In this document: positions 20,142 through 28,919 of the stretch, piece after piece
Layout: each line of letters opens with the position of its first letter
How positions within the stretch are numbered: position 1 is the first letter of the stretch
Assembly: GCA_963733505.1 (NCBI GenBank)
Contig: CAVTDW010000017.1
Location: forward strand, 28,564 to 92,563
Length of the DNA stretch: 64,000 bases
Reading direction: 5' to 3'
Source: an uncultured Actinomycetota bacterium
GTDB lineage: Bacteria > Actinomycetota > Acidimicrobiia > Acidimicrobiales > Palsa-688
Program-made: the position numbers and the translations under genes
Notes under the pieces: generated by a model
Told to the model about the DNA's origin: nothing
What the model saw: the letters and a program-made list of their open reading frames with translations, nothing else
Database searches by the model: none

Positions 20142-22349
20142 ATGGCCGACGACGGCGGCCACGAGAACGAACCAGGCGCCGAGGTCGTGAACCCGCGACC
20201 CCCGACCGACGGCCGCAGAACCCGCCGAGCTGCCCGCCCAAGGCCCAGCTCCGATCTCAACCCCAGCTCTGGCGGCCATCCCGACCTGAACCGAAACCCG
20301 GAACGAGCCCCGGACCCCAACCCGGAACGAGCCCCGATTTCCGACCCGGATCAAGACCCAACTCGGACCCCGTCCGGACCTCGCATCCGGACCCGACCCA
20401 ACGGTGACCGTCCGCCCCGGCTAAGCGGTGCCGGTCGGCATTCCGCCCCCACCGGACGCATTGCCCTCCCTCGATCCCCGGTGGTGCTGGCCCTCGTCGT
20501 CGCGGTCGTCCTCGTCGGCGCGGCACTTGCGGTCGTCACACTCACCCGCACGAATGGCGCCCCCGCCACCCCTGTGGCTCAGTCCTACCTGGCGGCGTGG
20601 TCCCGCCGGGACTTCGCCGCCATGGCCCTGCTCGTCGAGCACCCGCCGCCCGACTTCGCGGCCATCCACCAGCGCGTCATCGACGACCTGAACGTGGCCA
20701 GCTCGCAGTACCGGCTGGGGTCGGTGAAGACCCACGGCAGCACCGCCGACGCCGCCTACACATCCCAGCTCGAACTGGCCGGCCTGGGAACCTGGGACCA
20801 CCCCGGTACGGTCCACCTGGCCCGTGTGTTCGGCCGTTGGATGGTCGAGTGGACCCCGGCCACGATCTACCCCACCCTCCCAGCCGGCGGCCATTTCAGT
20901 ATGCAACGCACCTGGTCCCCCCGCGCGCCCGTCCTTGGTTCTGGGGGAACCGTGCTGGCGGGGCCGGCCGATGTCATCACCGTTGGACTCCAAGGCAACG
21001 CCGTCGCCAGCCCCGCCTTGGTGACGACCGCCCTCACCCAGGCCGGAATCGACTCCGGCGCAATCACCGCGGCCCTCAAATCGGCCGCCTCCCACCCCAC
21101 CCAGTTCGTGCCCGTCGCCGATCTGTCGGCCGCCCGCTATGACCAGGTGAAGCCGATCATTTTCCGCGTTCCGGGGACTCGGTTTCAGCGCCACACCGGC
21201 CAGTCGAGCGTGACCCCCGACCTGGCGGCCCACGTCGTCGGCTCGGTCGGGCCCATCACCGCAGAACAGTTGCAGCAGATGGGGGCGCCCTACGAGGCCA
21301 GCGACAGCATCGGTCAGGTGGGGATCGAGGCCCAGTACGAGCGGCAACTGGCAGGTACACCCGGTGGCATCATCCAAGTCGTCGGCGCCGACGGCGCCAC
21401 GGTCGGCTCCGGGCCCATCTTCACCATCAGCGGCAAAGCCGGGAAACCGGTCCAGACCACGATCGACCTTCACACCGAGCAGGCGGCCGAAGCCGCCCTG
21501 AACGCCGTCAAGCTGCCCGCCGCCCTGGTGGCAATCCGTGCCTCGACGGGCGAAGTTCTCGCCGCGGTGAGCCGACCCGACACGACGCCGTTCGATCGAG
21601 CGCTCACCGGCCAGTATCCGCCGGGCTCGACGTTCAAGGTCATTACCAGCGCCGCCTTACTGGCCAGTGGCCTGACCCCCGACAGCCCGACCGTTTGCCC
21701 GAAGACCCTGGCGGTGCAAGGTCGCACCTTCAAGAACTTCGAGGGCGAGTCCTCCCCGAACATCTCCTTCCAGCGGGCCTTCGCTATTTCCTGCAACACC
21801 GCGTTCATCAGCATGGCCGGCAACTTGCCGGCCTCAGCCCTTATCTCGATGGCCGGCCAGTTTGGCTTTGGCACCCAGCCCCAACCCGGATTGCCCGTCT
21901 TTGGGGGTCAGATACCGACTCCAGTCGACGAAGTGGACAAAGTGGCGAGCGCCATCGGGCAGGGCCGGGTGCTTGCCAGTCCGTTGTTGATGGCGGGCGT
22001 GGCGGCCGCGGTGGCGGCAGGGACCGTCCATCCCCCCCGGCTGGTCGTCGGCGCGGCGGACGACACCGCCAAGGGCGTGGCACTCCCGCCGCCGGTCGTC
22101 GCGGGCCTGCGGTCCATGATGGCCGCCGTGGTCGCCGGCGGCTCGGGCGCTCCGGCCAGGGTCACCGGCGGTTCGCCGGTGTACGGCAAGACGGGCACCG
22201 CCGAGTTCGGCAACGCCACACCGCCGGCCACCCACGCCTGGTTCATCGGCTTTCGCGACGACGTGGCTTTTGCCGTGGTCATCGAGGGCGGTGGCGTCGG
22301 CGGGTTGGTCGCGGCGCCGATCGCCGCCAAGTTCCTCAAAGGACTCTGA
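20142..22349 (+). CDS. Class B penicillin-binding protein (transpeptidase) with a Pro-rich cytoplasmic N-terminus and a transmembrane anchor
   Basis: Motifs STFK, SCN and KTGTAE are present, with a TM helix VVLALVVAVVLVGAALAVVTL. The N-terminus has a 24-nt repeat (NPERAPDP/NPERAPIS) at about 20295-20342. Confidence 0.85.
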   Translation: MADDGGHENEPGAEVVNPRPPTDGRRTRRAARPRPSSDLNPSSGGHPDLNRNPERAPDPNPERAPISDPDQDPTRTPSGPRIRTRPNGDRPPRLSGAGRHSAPTGRIALPRSPVVLALVVAVVLVGAALAVVTLTRTNGAPATPVAQSYLAAWSRRDFAAMALLVEHPPPDFAAIHQRVIDDLNVASSQYRLGSVKTHGSTADAAYTSQLELAGLGTWDHPGTVHLARVFGRWMVEWTPATIYPTLPAGGHFSMQRTWSPRAPVLGSGGTVLAGPADVITVGLQGNAVASPALVTTALTQAGIDSGAITAALKSAASHPTQFVPVADLSAARYDQVKPIIFRVPGTRFQRHTGQSSVTPDLAAHVVGSVGPITAEQLQQMGAPYEASDSIGQVGIEAQYERQLAGTPGGIIQVVGADGATVGSGPIFTISGKAGKPVQTTIDLHTEQAAEAALNAVKLPAALVAIRASTGEVLAAVSRPDTTPFDRALTGQYPPGSTFKVITSAALLASGLTPDSPTVCPKTLAVQGRTFKNFEGESSPNISFQRAFAISCNTAFISMAGNLPASALISMAGQFGFGTQPQPGLPVFGGQIPTPVDEVDKVASAIGQGRVLASPLLMAGVAAAVAAGTVHPPRLVVGAADDTAKGVALPPPVVAGLRSMMAAVVAGGSGAPARVTGGSPVYGKTGTAEFGNATPPATHAWFIGFRDDVAFAVVIEGGGVGGLVAAPIAAKFLKGL

Positions 22350-22460
22350 CCACCGCACCGATCGGCCAGGCACGGCACTGATCGGCCACGGCACGACACG
22401 GCACCAGTCCGACGCTGGCTACCGAATACCCGGAAGCACCTTGCACCGAGCATCCCCCGC

Positions 22461-23594
22461 TCAGGGGGTCGGCGCGGGCGCAGGACGGCGGTTGGGGACG
22501 CGGATCATGAAGCGGCGGTCCTCGTAGGTCAGGCGCCCGCCCTGGGCTTCGATCAGGCCCCGGGCGATCGGCAGGCCGAGCCCGCTGCCGCCCTTGCCGT
22601 CCAGACTTACAAACCGCTCGAAGACCCGCTCGACGCCTCCATCGGGCAGCCCCGGACCATCGTCGGCTACGGCGATCTCGATCATGGCCGGCGTCGCCCC
22701 GACCTCGACGGTGACCTCGGCGAGCGCATGGCGGCGGGCGTTGTCCAGCAGGTTGGCCAGGGCGTTCTTGGTGGCCTCGCTTGCCAGCAGCACGAGCTGG
22801 GGCCGCGGGCCGCGTACGACCAGGCTGGTCTTCACGGTCTGGTTGCCCACCTTGGCCCGGTCGAGTTCGGTCTGGCACAGATCGACCACATCGGTCGCCT
22901 GGAGCGTCCCCACCTCGCCCTGATCGACACGAGCCATCTGAAGCAGCGACGAGAGGAGCCGGCCCGCCCGGTCGGCTTCGCGCGACAGGTTGACCAGTAA
23001 CCGCTCCTGCTGGCTGGTGGCCCCATTGACGAGCAGCGCGTCGGTCGAGGCTCGGATCCCCGCGAGGGGGGTGCGCAGCTGGTGGGCGGCGTAGCTCAGG
23101 AACTCCTTGCGCTGGCGGGCCGAGTCGCCCGCGGCCACGGCCTTCTCCCGCGCCGCTGCGATAAGTACGACCAGGACCGAAAGGATCATCAAGAGCAGGA
23201 CGCCATTGAGCACGAACACCACCGGGTCGTCCTTGTCGCTGAAGAACGCTGCCACCGTCGTGGTGAGTCCGCTTTCCAGCGCCAGCAACATGCCCGGCCG
23301 GCGACCACCGAGGAAGGTCCCGATGGCCGTCGGGATCAGATAGAACGCCGCCATGGACAGCACGGGGCCAGTCAGGTGGTCGGCGACGCCCAACAACGCC
23401 ACGACCCCGGACAGCACGACCAAGGCGGCTCCGGTGCTTTGCCGGGCGGGAGCAACATCGCTGCCCCACCAACTTCCCGACAGCAGCCGGTTGGCGCCCC
23501 GCCAGAGCCCCGACCGCGCCACCAGCGACCGCAGCGACGGCAGCGACGGCAGCGACGGCAGCGACGACTTCGACAGCCTCGACCCCTTCGACAT
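22461..23594 (-). CDS. Two-component sensor histidine kinase
   Basis: It has a HisKA H-box AHQLRTPLAGI and an HATPase region (NLLDNARRHA...GSGLGLPIARGL). It has two TM segments. Its start overlaps the response-regulator stop (ATGA). The N-terminus carries a (SLP)n repeat. Confidence 0.85.
   Translation of the reverse strand: MSKGSRLSKSSLPSLPSLPSLRSLVARSGLWRGANRLLSGSWWGSDVAPARQSTGAALVVLSGVVALLGVADHLTGPVLSMAAFYLIPTAIGTFLGGRRPGMLLALESGLTTTVAAFFSDKDDPVVFVLNGVLLLMILSVLVVLIAAAREKAVAAGDSARQRKEFLSYAAHQLRTPLAGIRASTDALLVNGATSQQERLLVNLSREADRAGRLLSSLLQMARVDQGEVGTLQATDVVDLCQTELDRAKVGNQTVKTSLVVRGPRPQLVLLASEATKNALANLLDNARRHALAEVTVEVGATPAMIEIAVADDGPGLPDGGVERVFERFVSLDGKGGSGLGLPIARGLIEAQGGRLTYEDRRFMIRVPNRRPAPAPTP
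23531..23566 (-). repeat. Four 9-nt tandem repeats (gcagcgacg) encoding SLPSLPSLPSL at the kinase N-terminus
   Basis: Read directly: gcagcgacggcagcgacggcagcgacggcagcgacg. Confidence 0.8.
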
Positions 23595-24280
23595 CAGGGA
23601 CGAAACACGTATCCCCGGCCGCGCACCGTGTGCACCAGCCTCGGCCCGTTGGCATCCAGCTTGCGGCGCAGGGCGCTTACATGTACCTCCACCAAGTTGG
23701 GGTCGTAGGAGTCGAAACCCCAGATCTGCGACAGCAACTGACCCTTGGAAAACACCTGATTCGGGGCCCGGGCCAACACCGACAGCAACTCGAACTCGGT
23801 CGGGGTGAGGTCGAGTTCGACGCCTCCCCGAAGGACCTGCTTGGCGTTGTCGTCGATAAGCAGGTCGCGGACCTCGATGACCGGCGAGTCCATGCGGCCG
23901 CTGCGGCGCAGCACCGCCCGCACCCGGGCCAGGAGCTCCGCCATGGCGAACGGCTTGACGACGTAGTCGTCGCCCCCCGCCTCGAACCCGGCCAACCGGT
24001 CGTCCAATCCGTCGGCCGCGGTGAGGAACACCACCGGCACACCCGCCTGGGCGATCACCTGGCGGGCCAGTTGGAACCCGTTCGGTCCCGCCGGCAGCTG
24101 GATATCGATGATCGCCACGTCGGGCCGGAACTCGTCGACCGTCTGGCTCATGGACTGTCCGGTCACCTCGGCGCGCACCAAGAAACCCAGCCCTTCGAAG
24201 GCGCTCGCCACCGCTTCGCGCACCGAAAGGTCATCTTCGATGAGCAGCGCACGCGTCGCCGAGCTCTGGACGTCGGTCAT
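23594..24280 (-). CDS. OmpR-family response regulator
   Basis: MTDVQSSATRALLIEDDLSVRE... The receiver has D-D-K residues and a winged-helix C-terminus ...LRRKLDANGPRLVHTVRGRGYVFRP. I prefer the start at M11 of the track ORF. Confidence 0.88.
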   Translation of the reverse strand: MTDVQSSATRALLIEDDLSVREAVASAFEGLGFLVRAEVTGQSMSQTVDEFRPDVAIIDIQLPAGPNGFQLARQVIAQAGVPVVFLTAADGLDDRLAGFEAGGDDYVVKPFAMAELLARVRAVLRRSGRMDSPVIEVRDLLIDDNAKQVLRGGVELDLTPTEFELLSVLARAPNQVFSKGQLLSQIWGFDSYDPNLVEVHVSALRRKLDANGPRLVHTVRGRGYVFRP

Positions 24281-24311
24281 CGGGAAAGCCCCCTCAGTCG
24301 CTGGAACCACA

Positions 24312-24770
24312 TCACGGCGAGGATTTTCCCACCCGTGCCCTTCGATTTGTTGCCGTCAGCCAGAGTGTCAGCACCAACAGCAACACGTCGAGGGCGACGA
24401 CGAGGCCGGTCAGGCTCACGAGTCCGGGCGGGGGGTGCGACAGCGCGGCGCAACGGCACCCTCCTGGCAGGTGGGCGGTCCAGTGCCGGGTCGCCCCGAG
24501 CGGCGCTGGGATGAGGACCAGGATCGCGGCCGCGGACGGCGCGGGCGACGCCGGCCGGGCCACGATGGCGGCACCGATCGCCACTTGGGCGGCGCCGATG
24601 ACCCATCCCCACCAGCCGCCGATGGCCGAGACCACGACGGCGGACACGAACAATCCGGTGGCCAGAATCATGCGGGCGGCGGTCACCGGTTGGCGACGGG
24701 CCGCGCCATGCACGGCCGGACTGTACCGCTGATCAGCTGCGCTGTACCGCCAGGATGGCGACGTCGTCAC
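24312..24770 (-). CDS. Small hypothetical membrane protein upstream of the two-component system
   Basis: TM segments MILATGLFVSAVVVSAIGGWWGWVIGAAQVAIGAAIV and LVSLTGLVVALDVLLLVLTLWL. It overlaps the phosphatase gene end, so the start is probably internal. Confidence 0.35.
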   Translation of the reverse strand: MTTSPSWRYSAADQRYSPAVHGAARRQPVTAARMILATGLFVSAVVVSAIGGWWGWVIGAAQVAIGAAIVARPASPAPSAAAILVLIPAPLGATRHWTAHLPGGCRCAALSHPPPGLVSLTGLVVALDVLLLVLTLWLTATNRRARVGKSSP

Positions 24771-26565
24771 CGCGGGTCGCCCCTGCGTTTCGCGGCTGCA
24801 TCAACGTCTCGCACACCAGGTCGGCATGGCGGGGCGCGCCGGATGCGGCGCCGAGCAGCCAGTCCATCCCCGGGCCGACGCCGGTGTCGCGATCCTCGAC
24901 GAGGCCGTCGGTGTAGAACACGACCAGGTCCCCTGGGTCGAGGACCACCTGGCAGAGCGGGTAATCGAGCGGCGCCACGCCGAGCAGCGGACCAGGGTCC
25001 AGGTCGACGAACCAGGGCGCGGCCGTGGTCGGCACGACCAGCGGCGGGAGATGGCCTGCCGACGCGAGGGTCAAGGTGCCGGCCGGGAGTTCCAGCACGC
25101 CGAACAAGACGGTGGCGGTGCGCTCCAAGCCAAATTTCTCGGTGAACGCCCCGAGTTGGCGCAGCGCCGAGGCGGGATTGGGGTCGATCAGGGCGTAGGC
25201 CCGCAGGGCATCGCGCAGCTGACCCATCACCGTGACCGCAGTGAGGTCATGGCCCACCACGTCGCCGACCACAAGGCCGACACAACCAGGGGCGACGGGG
25301 ATCACGTCGTACCAATCGCCGCCGACCTTCGTCCCCTCGGTGCTCGGCAGGTAGCGGGCCGCGACGGTGATGCCGGGCAGTTCGGGCAGGCGGTCGGGAA
25401 GCAGGCTGCCCTGGAGGGTTCGGGCCACCTCGTGCTCCCGGTCGTACACCCGAGCCCGGTCGATGACCACCGCCACCTGCTGGGCCAGTTCCTCGGCCAG
25501 CGCCAGGTCGGATTCGCCGAAGTGCCGGCCGGACCCGGCGGCGACGAGCGTGACCGACCCGAGCACCCGCCCCGAGGCGACCAGGGGGACGCTCATGTAG
25601 GACGTAAACGCCAGCCGGCGCACCACCGCCAAGTGGTCCTCGTCGCGGGTCGTCTGCTGGAGAAACTCCGACGACATGTCCGACGACCACATCGACGTAC
25701 CGGTGCGGATCACCTGCACACTTGGGTGGCCACCTTGGGGATCTGGGGAAAACTGGTCGCGCAGCTGGTCGGCCAGGGGTTGGAACTCAGGCGAGGCGTG
25801 GCGAGCGACGACCCGTTTCAGGCTCCCGCCCTCCACGAGCATGTCGATCAGGCACAGGTCACCAAGAATCGGGACTGCCATGGTGGCCAGGAGTTCGAGG
25901 GTTTCTTGGAGGTTCCTGGCCTCGGCCAGGACACGGCTGGCGCGGAGCAGGAACTCGCGGCTGCGGCGGGTTTGCTCCAGCTCGAGGCTGAGCCGGACGA
26001 CGATGCGGCTCTCGCGCTCGGCTTCGGCGAGGTCGTTGGAGATTCGCACGACGCCGATGGCCGCTGGCGCGGCGCTGTCGGGCGGTGCCGGGTCGATTGC
26101 CGCGGCGTCGGGCCGTGTCGTGTCGTCCGATGGCCACGCCATGATGGTCACGTCCACGACGGACTCGGAGCCGTCGGGGCGCCGGGCAGGAAGTCGTACC
26201 GCGTGGCCGATAAACGGGCCCTCGCCGGTCGCGAGAAACCGGGCGAAGCCCACATTGTGCGTGGGGCGGAGTCGGTCCGGGATGATTTCGGTGAGAGGCA
26301 GGCCGACAAGGTCGGTCGGTTCCCAACCCAGCACGACCGCCGAAGCCGGGTTTGAGTAGACGATATCTCCGCCGCGGTCGACGACGATGATTGCATCGTT
26401 CAACTGGTCCGTTAAGAGTGTCGAAAGCGTCGACCGGACAAAGGCGGCTAGTCGCGTCATATTGTCGTGATCGGGCGAAACAGGTCCAAGATCATTCGTT
26501 CCGAGACCATGAATCCTCGGGTTGGCGAACTCGATGTCGGCCTCAACGGGGTCCGTGTCCATCAC
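24733..26565 (-). CDS. PAS-GAF-PP2C (SpoIIE/RsbU-like) serine phosphatase
   Basis: The N-terminus is a PAS domain (DAIIVVDRGGDIVYSNPASAVVLGW), the middle is a GAF domain, and the C-terminus is a PP2C-like domain (GGDWYDV...VVGDVVGHDLTAVTVMGQLR...FYTDGLVE). Confidence 0.85.
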   Translation of the reverse strand: MMDTDPVEADIEFANPRIHGLGTNDLGPVSPDHDNMTRLAAFVRSTLSTLLTDQLNDAIIVVDRGGDIVYSNPASAVVLGWEPTDLVGLPLTEIIPDRLRPTHNVGFARFLATGEGPFIGHAVRLPARRPDGSESVVDVTIMAWPSDDTTRPDAAAIDPAPPDSAAPAAIGVVRISNDLAEAERESRIVVRLSLELEQTRRSREFLLRASRVLAEARNLQETLELLATMAVPILGDLCLIDMLVEGGSLKRVVARHASPEFQPLADQLRDQFSPDPQGGHPSVQVIRTGTSMWSSDMSSEFLQQTTRDEDHLAVVRRLAFTSYMSVPLVASGRVLGSVTLVAAGSGRHFGESDLALAEELAQQVAVVIDRARVYDREHEVARTLQGSLLPDRLPELPGITVAARYLPSTEGTKVGGDWYDVIPVAPGCVGLVVGDVVGHDLTAVTVMGQLRDALRAYALIDPNPASALRQLGAFTEKFGLERTATVLFGVLELPAGTLTLASAGHLPPLVVPTTAAPWFVDLDPGPLLGVAPLDYPLCQVVLDPGDLVVFYTDGLVEDRDTGVGPGMDWLLGAASGAPRHADLVCETLMQPRNAGATRGDDVAILAVQRS

Positions 26566-27011
26566 TTCCTACCCCAAGCACTTGGACCTTCGACAACATC
26601 CTCAAATCGCCCAACTGCGTCTCGACAGTAGGTCCGCTCGGCTGGGGTGTCAACCGACATCTGCCCGCAACTTTCCAAGCAGGCTCGCGAAACGGGGTCG
26701 CTTGACAGAAACCTGTACGGTTCGCACCGTTCGCGGGGTTCCGGGCTCACACAGGGGCAACATTTGGCCCCACTTGGGAGTTTTGGCGGATTGGTGCTGA
26801 GGGTGCGAAGGGAGTTCAATGGGGCGGGTTCGTGTTCCTTGAACTCGAAATGCTCCTTTTGGGCCTCGAAGGTATATGCAGCGGGTCGACTGCCGGTATT
26901 CAGGTGCACGGCGGGATCTGGACCCTAGTTTCACTTCACGCCATGACGTGCCGATGACGTGGTGACTTAGCTACAAGCCCCTGTTTATACCGGTCAGGAG
27001 AGAAGGACTAC

Positions 27012-28712
27012 ATGGTTCCCGCTATCGGGCACGTGGTGAAGGTTTCTCGTGGTCATTTGCCGCAACGCGTCCTCGATATACGTGGACGCGGAGTTCGACG
27101 CTTTCGTGCGCTTATGGCTGTGACGGCGGTGACCGTGGGCCTCGGTGCAGGAGCGGGCATGGCGCAAGCCGGCGCCTTGCCCGCGGATGCGAGCAGCCCC
27201 GCCGGCGCTGACAGCGGGTCGGCGCCCCAGTTGACTGTCACCGCGTCGGGGTCGACGAGCGTCGGGCTTCAGGTCTTCGCCAATGTCAATTTTGGCGGGT
27301 CGACGAATCCGACCGGCAGCATGACCTTTACCCTGTTCGGGCCGAGCGACCCGGCGTGTGTGTCGTCGCCGGTATATACCTCGACCGTGCCGGTGACCGG
27401 GACGTCGGTCAACTCGGGTCACTATTCGACAACCTTGGCGGGCGCCTACCGCTGGGAGGCCGTCTACAGCGGCGATGCCAGCAACGCTTCGGCCGGCCCG
27501 ACCGCCTGCAGCGCCTCCGGGGCTGCAGTAGTCGTTTCCAAGGCCAGTTCCTACACGTTGCTCAACGCCGCCGCGCCGTCCGGCGGGACCATCCGGGCCT
27601 CGGTGGCCGTGTCGGGCTTCAACCCCACGGGCACGACGACGTTCTCCCTGACGCCTCCCGGTGACACGTTCTGCTCCACGACACCGGTATTCACCTCGAC
27701 GGTCTCGGTGAGCGGGGCGGGGACGTACTGGTCGGCGCCGTATACCCCGACGGTGGGCGGCCAATACAAGTGGCGGGTGACCTACAGCGGCGACTTCAAC
27801 AACATGGTCACCTCGATGACGTCGTGCCTCGATGCCAACGCCGCGGTGACGGTCCCCAACCCGCCATCGGGTGCCACGTTCAGCTACCCCGTCGACGGCC
27901 AGACCAATGTGGACACGACCACGCCGTTCGCATGGGGATCGTTTGCATCGGCACAGGGGTACCGGGTCACGATCGGGACCAACCCCCAAGGTTCCGACCT
28001 GGCCGACTCGGGGGTACTGGCCGCCAACCAGACCAGCTACCTGGTGCCCGCCCTACCCACCGGCAAGACACTCAATGGCGTGCTCTACACGGAGGTGAAC
28101 GGTAGCTGGGCCGGGTACAAGTCCATCACCTTCACCGCCGCGGCAGGTCGGGCCACGATGACCTATCCGCTCGACGGCCAGACCAACGTGGACACGTCGG
28201 TGCCGTTCCGCTGGCAGACGATCCCGCAGGCGCAGGGGTATGTCCTGAGCGTCGGGACCACCTACGGCGGGGCGGACTTGGTGTGGAGCGGTGTGCTACC
28301 CGCGTCGCAGTCCTCGTTTCTGATTCCCGCCCTTCCGGCAGGGTCGTTGTCGGTGACGCTGTACACCAAGGCCAACGGGTCGTGGTACAGCTATCAGGTC
28401 GTAGGCATCACCGCGATCCCGACAGAGGCGGGGTTGACCTCGCCGACGAGCGGGCAGGGCAACGTCAACCCCAATGGGGCGTTCACGTGGACGACGGTAG
28501 GTGGCGTGGACGGATACACGCTGTGGGTCAAAGTGGCCGCGACCGGCGCCGACCTGTTCAACAGCGGGATGCTTCCCGCCACGCAGTCGTCGGTGAGCGC
28601 CCCCGCGCTTCCCGCAGGCCAGACGCTGTCGGCCATCCTGTTCACGTTGCGCAACGGCGCCTGGACCTATCAGGCCTTCAGCTTCACCACCTCGGGCCGC
28701 GCCGGCGACTGA
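27012..28712 (+). CDS. Tat-secreted repeat protein with two N-terminal Cys-pair repeats and three to four C-terminal roughly 90-aa PxDGQTNVD repeats
   Basis: A strong ribosome-binding site ggagagaagga lies 5 nt before ATG 27012. A twin-arginine signal RRFRAL precedes AVTAVTVGLGAGAGMAQA. The N-terminal repeats TFTLFGPSDPACVSS...YRWEAVYSGDASNA and TTFSLTPPGDTFCSTT...YKWRVTYSGDFNN have the same architecture as the repeat modules in the protein at 61082. Confidence 0.8.
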   Translation: MVPAIGHVVKVSRGHLPQRVLDIRGRGVRRFRALMAVTAVTVGLGAGAGMAQAGALPADASSPAGADSGSAPQLTVTASGSTSVGLQVFANVNFGGSTNPTGSMTFTLFGPSDPACVSSPVYTSTVPVTGTSVNSGHYSTTLAGAYRWEAVYSGDASNASAGPTACSASGAAVVVSKASSYTLLNAAAPSGGTIRASVAVSGFNPTGTTTFSLTPPGDTFCSTTPVFTSTVSVSGAGTYWSAPYTPTVGGQYKWRVTYSGDFNNMVTSMTSCLDANAAVTVPNPPSGATFSYPVDGQTNVDTTTPFAWGSFASAQGYRVTIGTNPQGSDLADSGVLAANQTSYLVPALPTGKTLNGVLYTEVNGSWAGYKSITFTAAAGRATMTYPLDGQTNVDTSVPFRWQTIPQAQGYVLSVGTTYGGADLVWSGVLPASQSSFLIPALPAGSLSVTLYTKANGSWYSYQVVGITAIPTEAGLTSPTSGQGNVNPNGAFTWTTVGGVDGYTLWVKVAATGADLFNSGMLPATQSSVSAPALPAGQTLSAILFTLRNGAWTYQAFSFTTSGRAGD

Positions 28713-28769
28713 AGCGCCCGCGCTCGGCCGCGGGCGGTACCATCCTGACCGGCACAGACACCCCGGTTC

Positions 28770-28842
28770 GGGGACGTAGCTCAGTGGCTAGAGCACCTGC
28801 TTTGCACGCAGGGGGTCGCGGGTTCGACTCCCGTCGTCTCCA
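28770..28842 (+). tRNA. tRNA-Ala (anticodon TGC)
   Basis: GGGGACGTAGCTCAGTGGCTAGAGCACCTGCTTTGCACGCAGGGGGTCGCGGGTTCGACTCCCGTCGTCTCCA, with acceptor GGGGACG/CGTCTCC (one G-U pair) and anticodon loop TTTGCAC. Confidence 0.9.
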
Positions 28843-28844
28843 CC

Positions 28845-28869
28845 GAACCGAACCGAACCGAACCGAACC
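28845..28869 (+). repeat. (GAACC)5 pentanucleotide microsatellite immediately 3' of tRNA-Ala
   Basis: Read directly: gaaccgaaccgaaccgaaccgaacc, followed by a degenerate ggaccgaatcc. Confidence 0.7.
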
Positions 28870-28919
28870 GGACCGAATCCGCATCCGGATCCACCAGGCG
28901 GTCGTGGCCATGTTGCTCC

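Noticed and set aside
26566-27011. 446-bp AT-richer divergent intergenic region with a perfect TTGACA at about 26701 and several short ORFs (62-115 aa)
   Set aside because: It most likely holds divergent promoters for the PP2C phosphatase and the Tat repeat protein. I could not pair the -35 hexamer with a convincing -10, and the short ORFs have no RBS or homology support.
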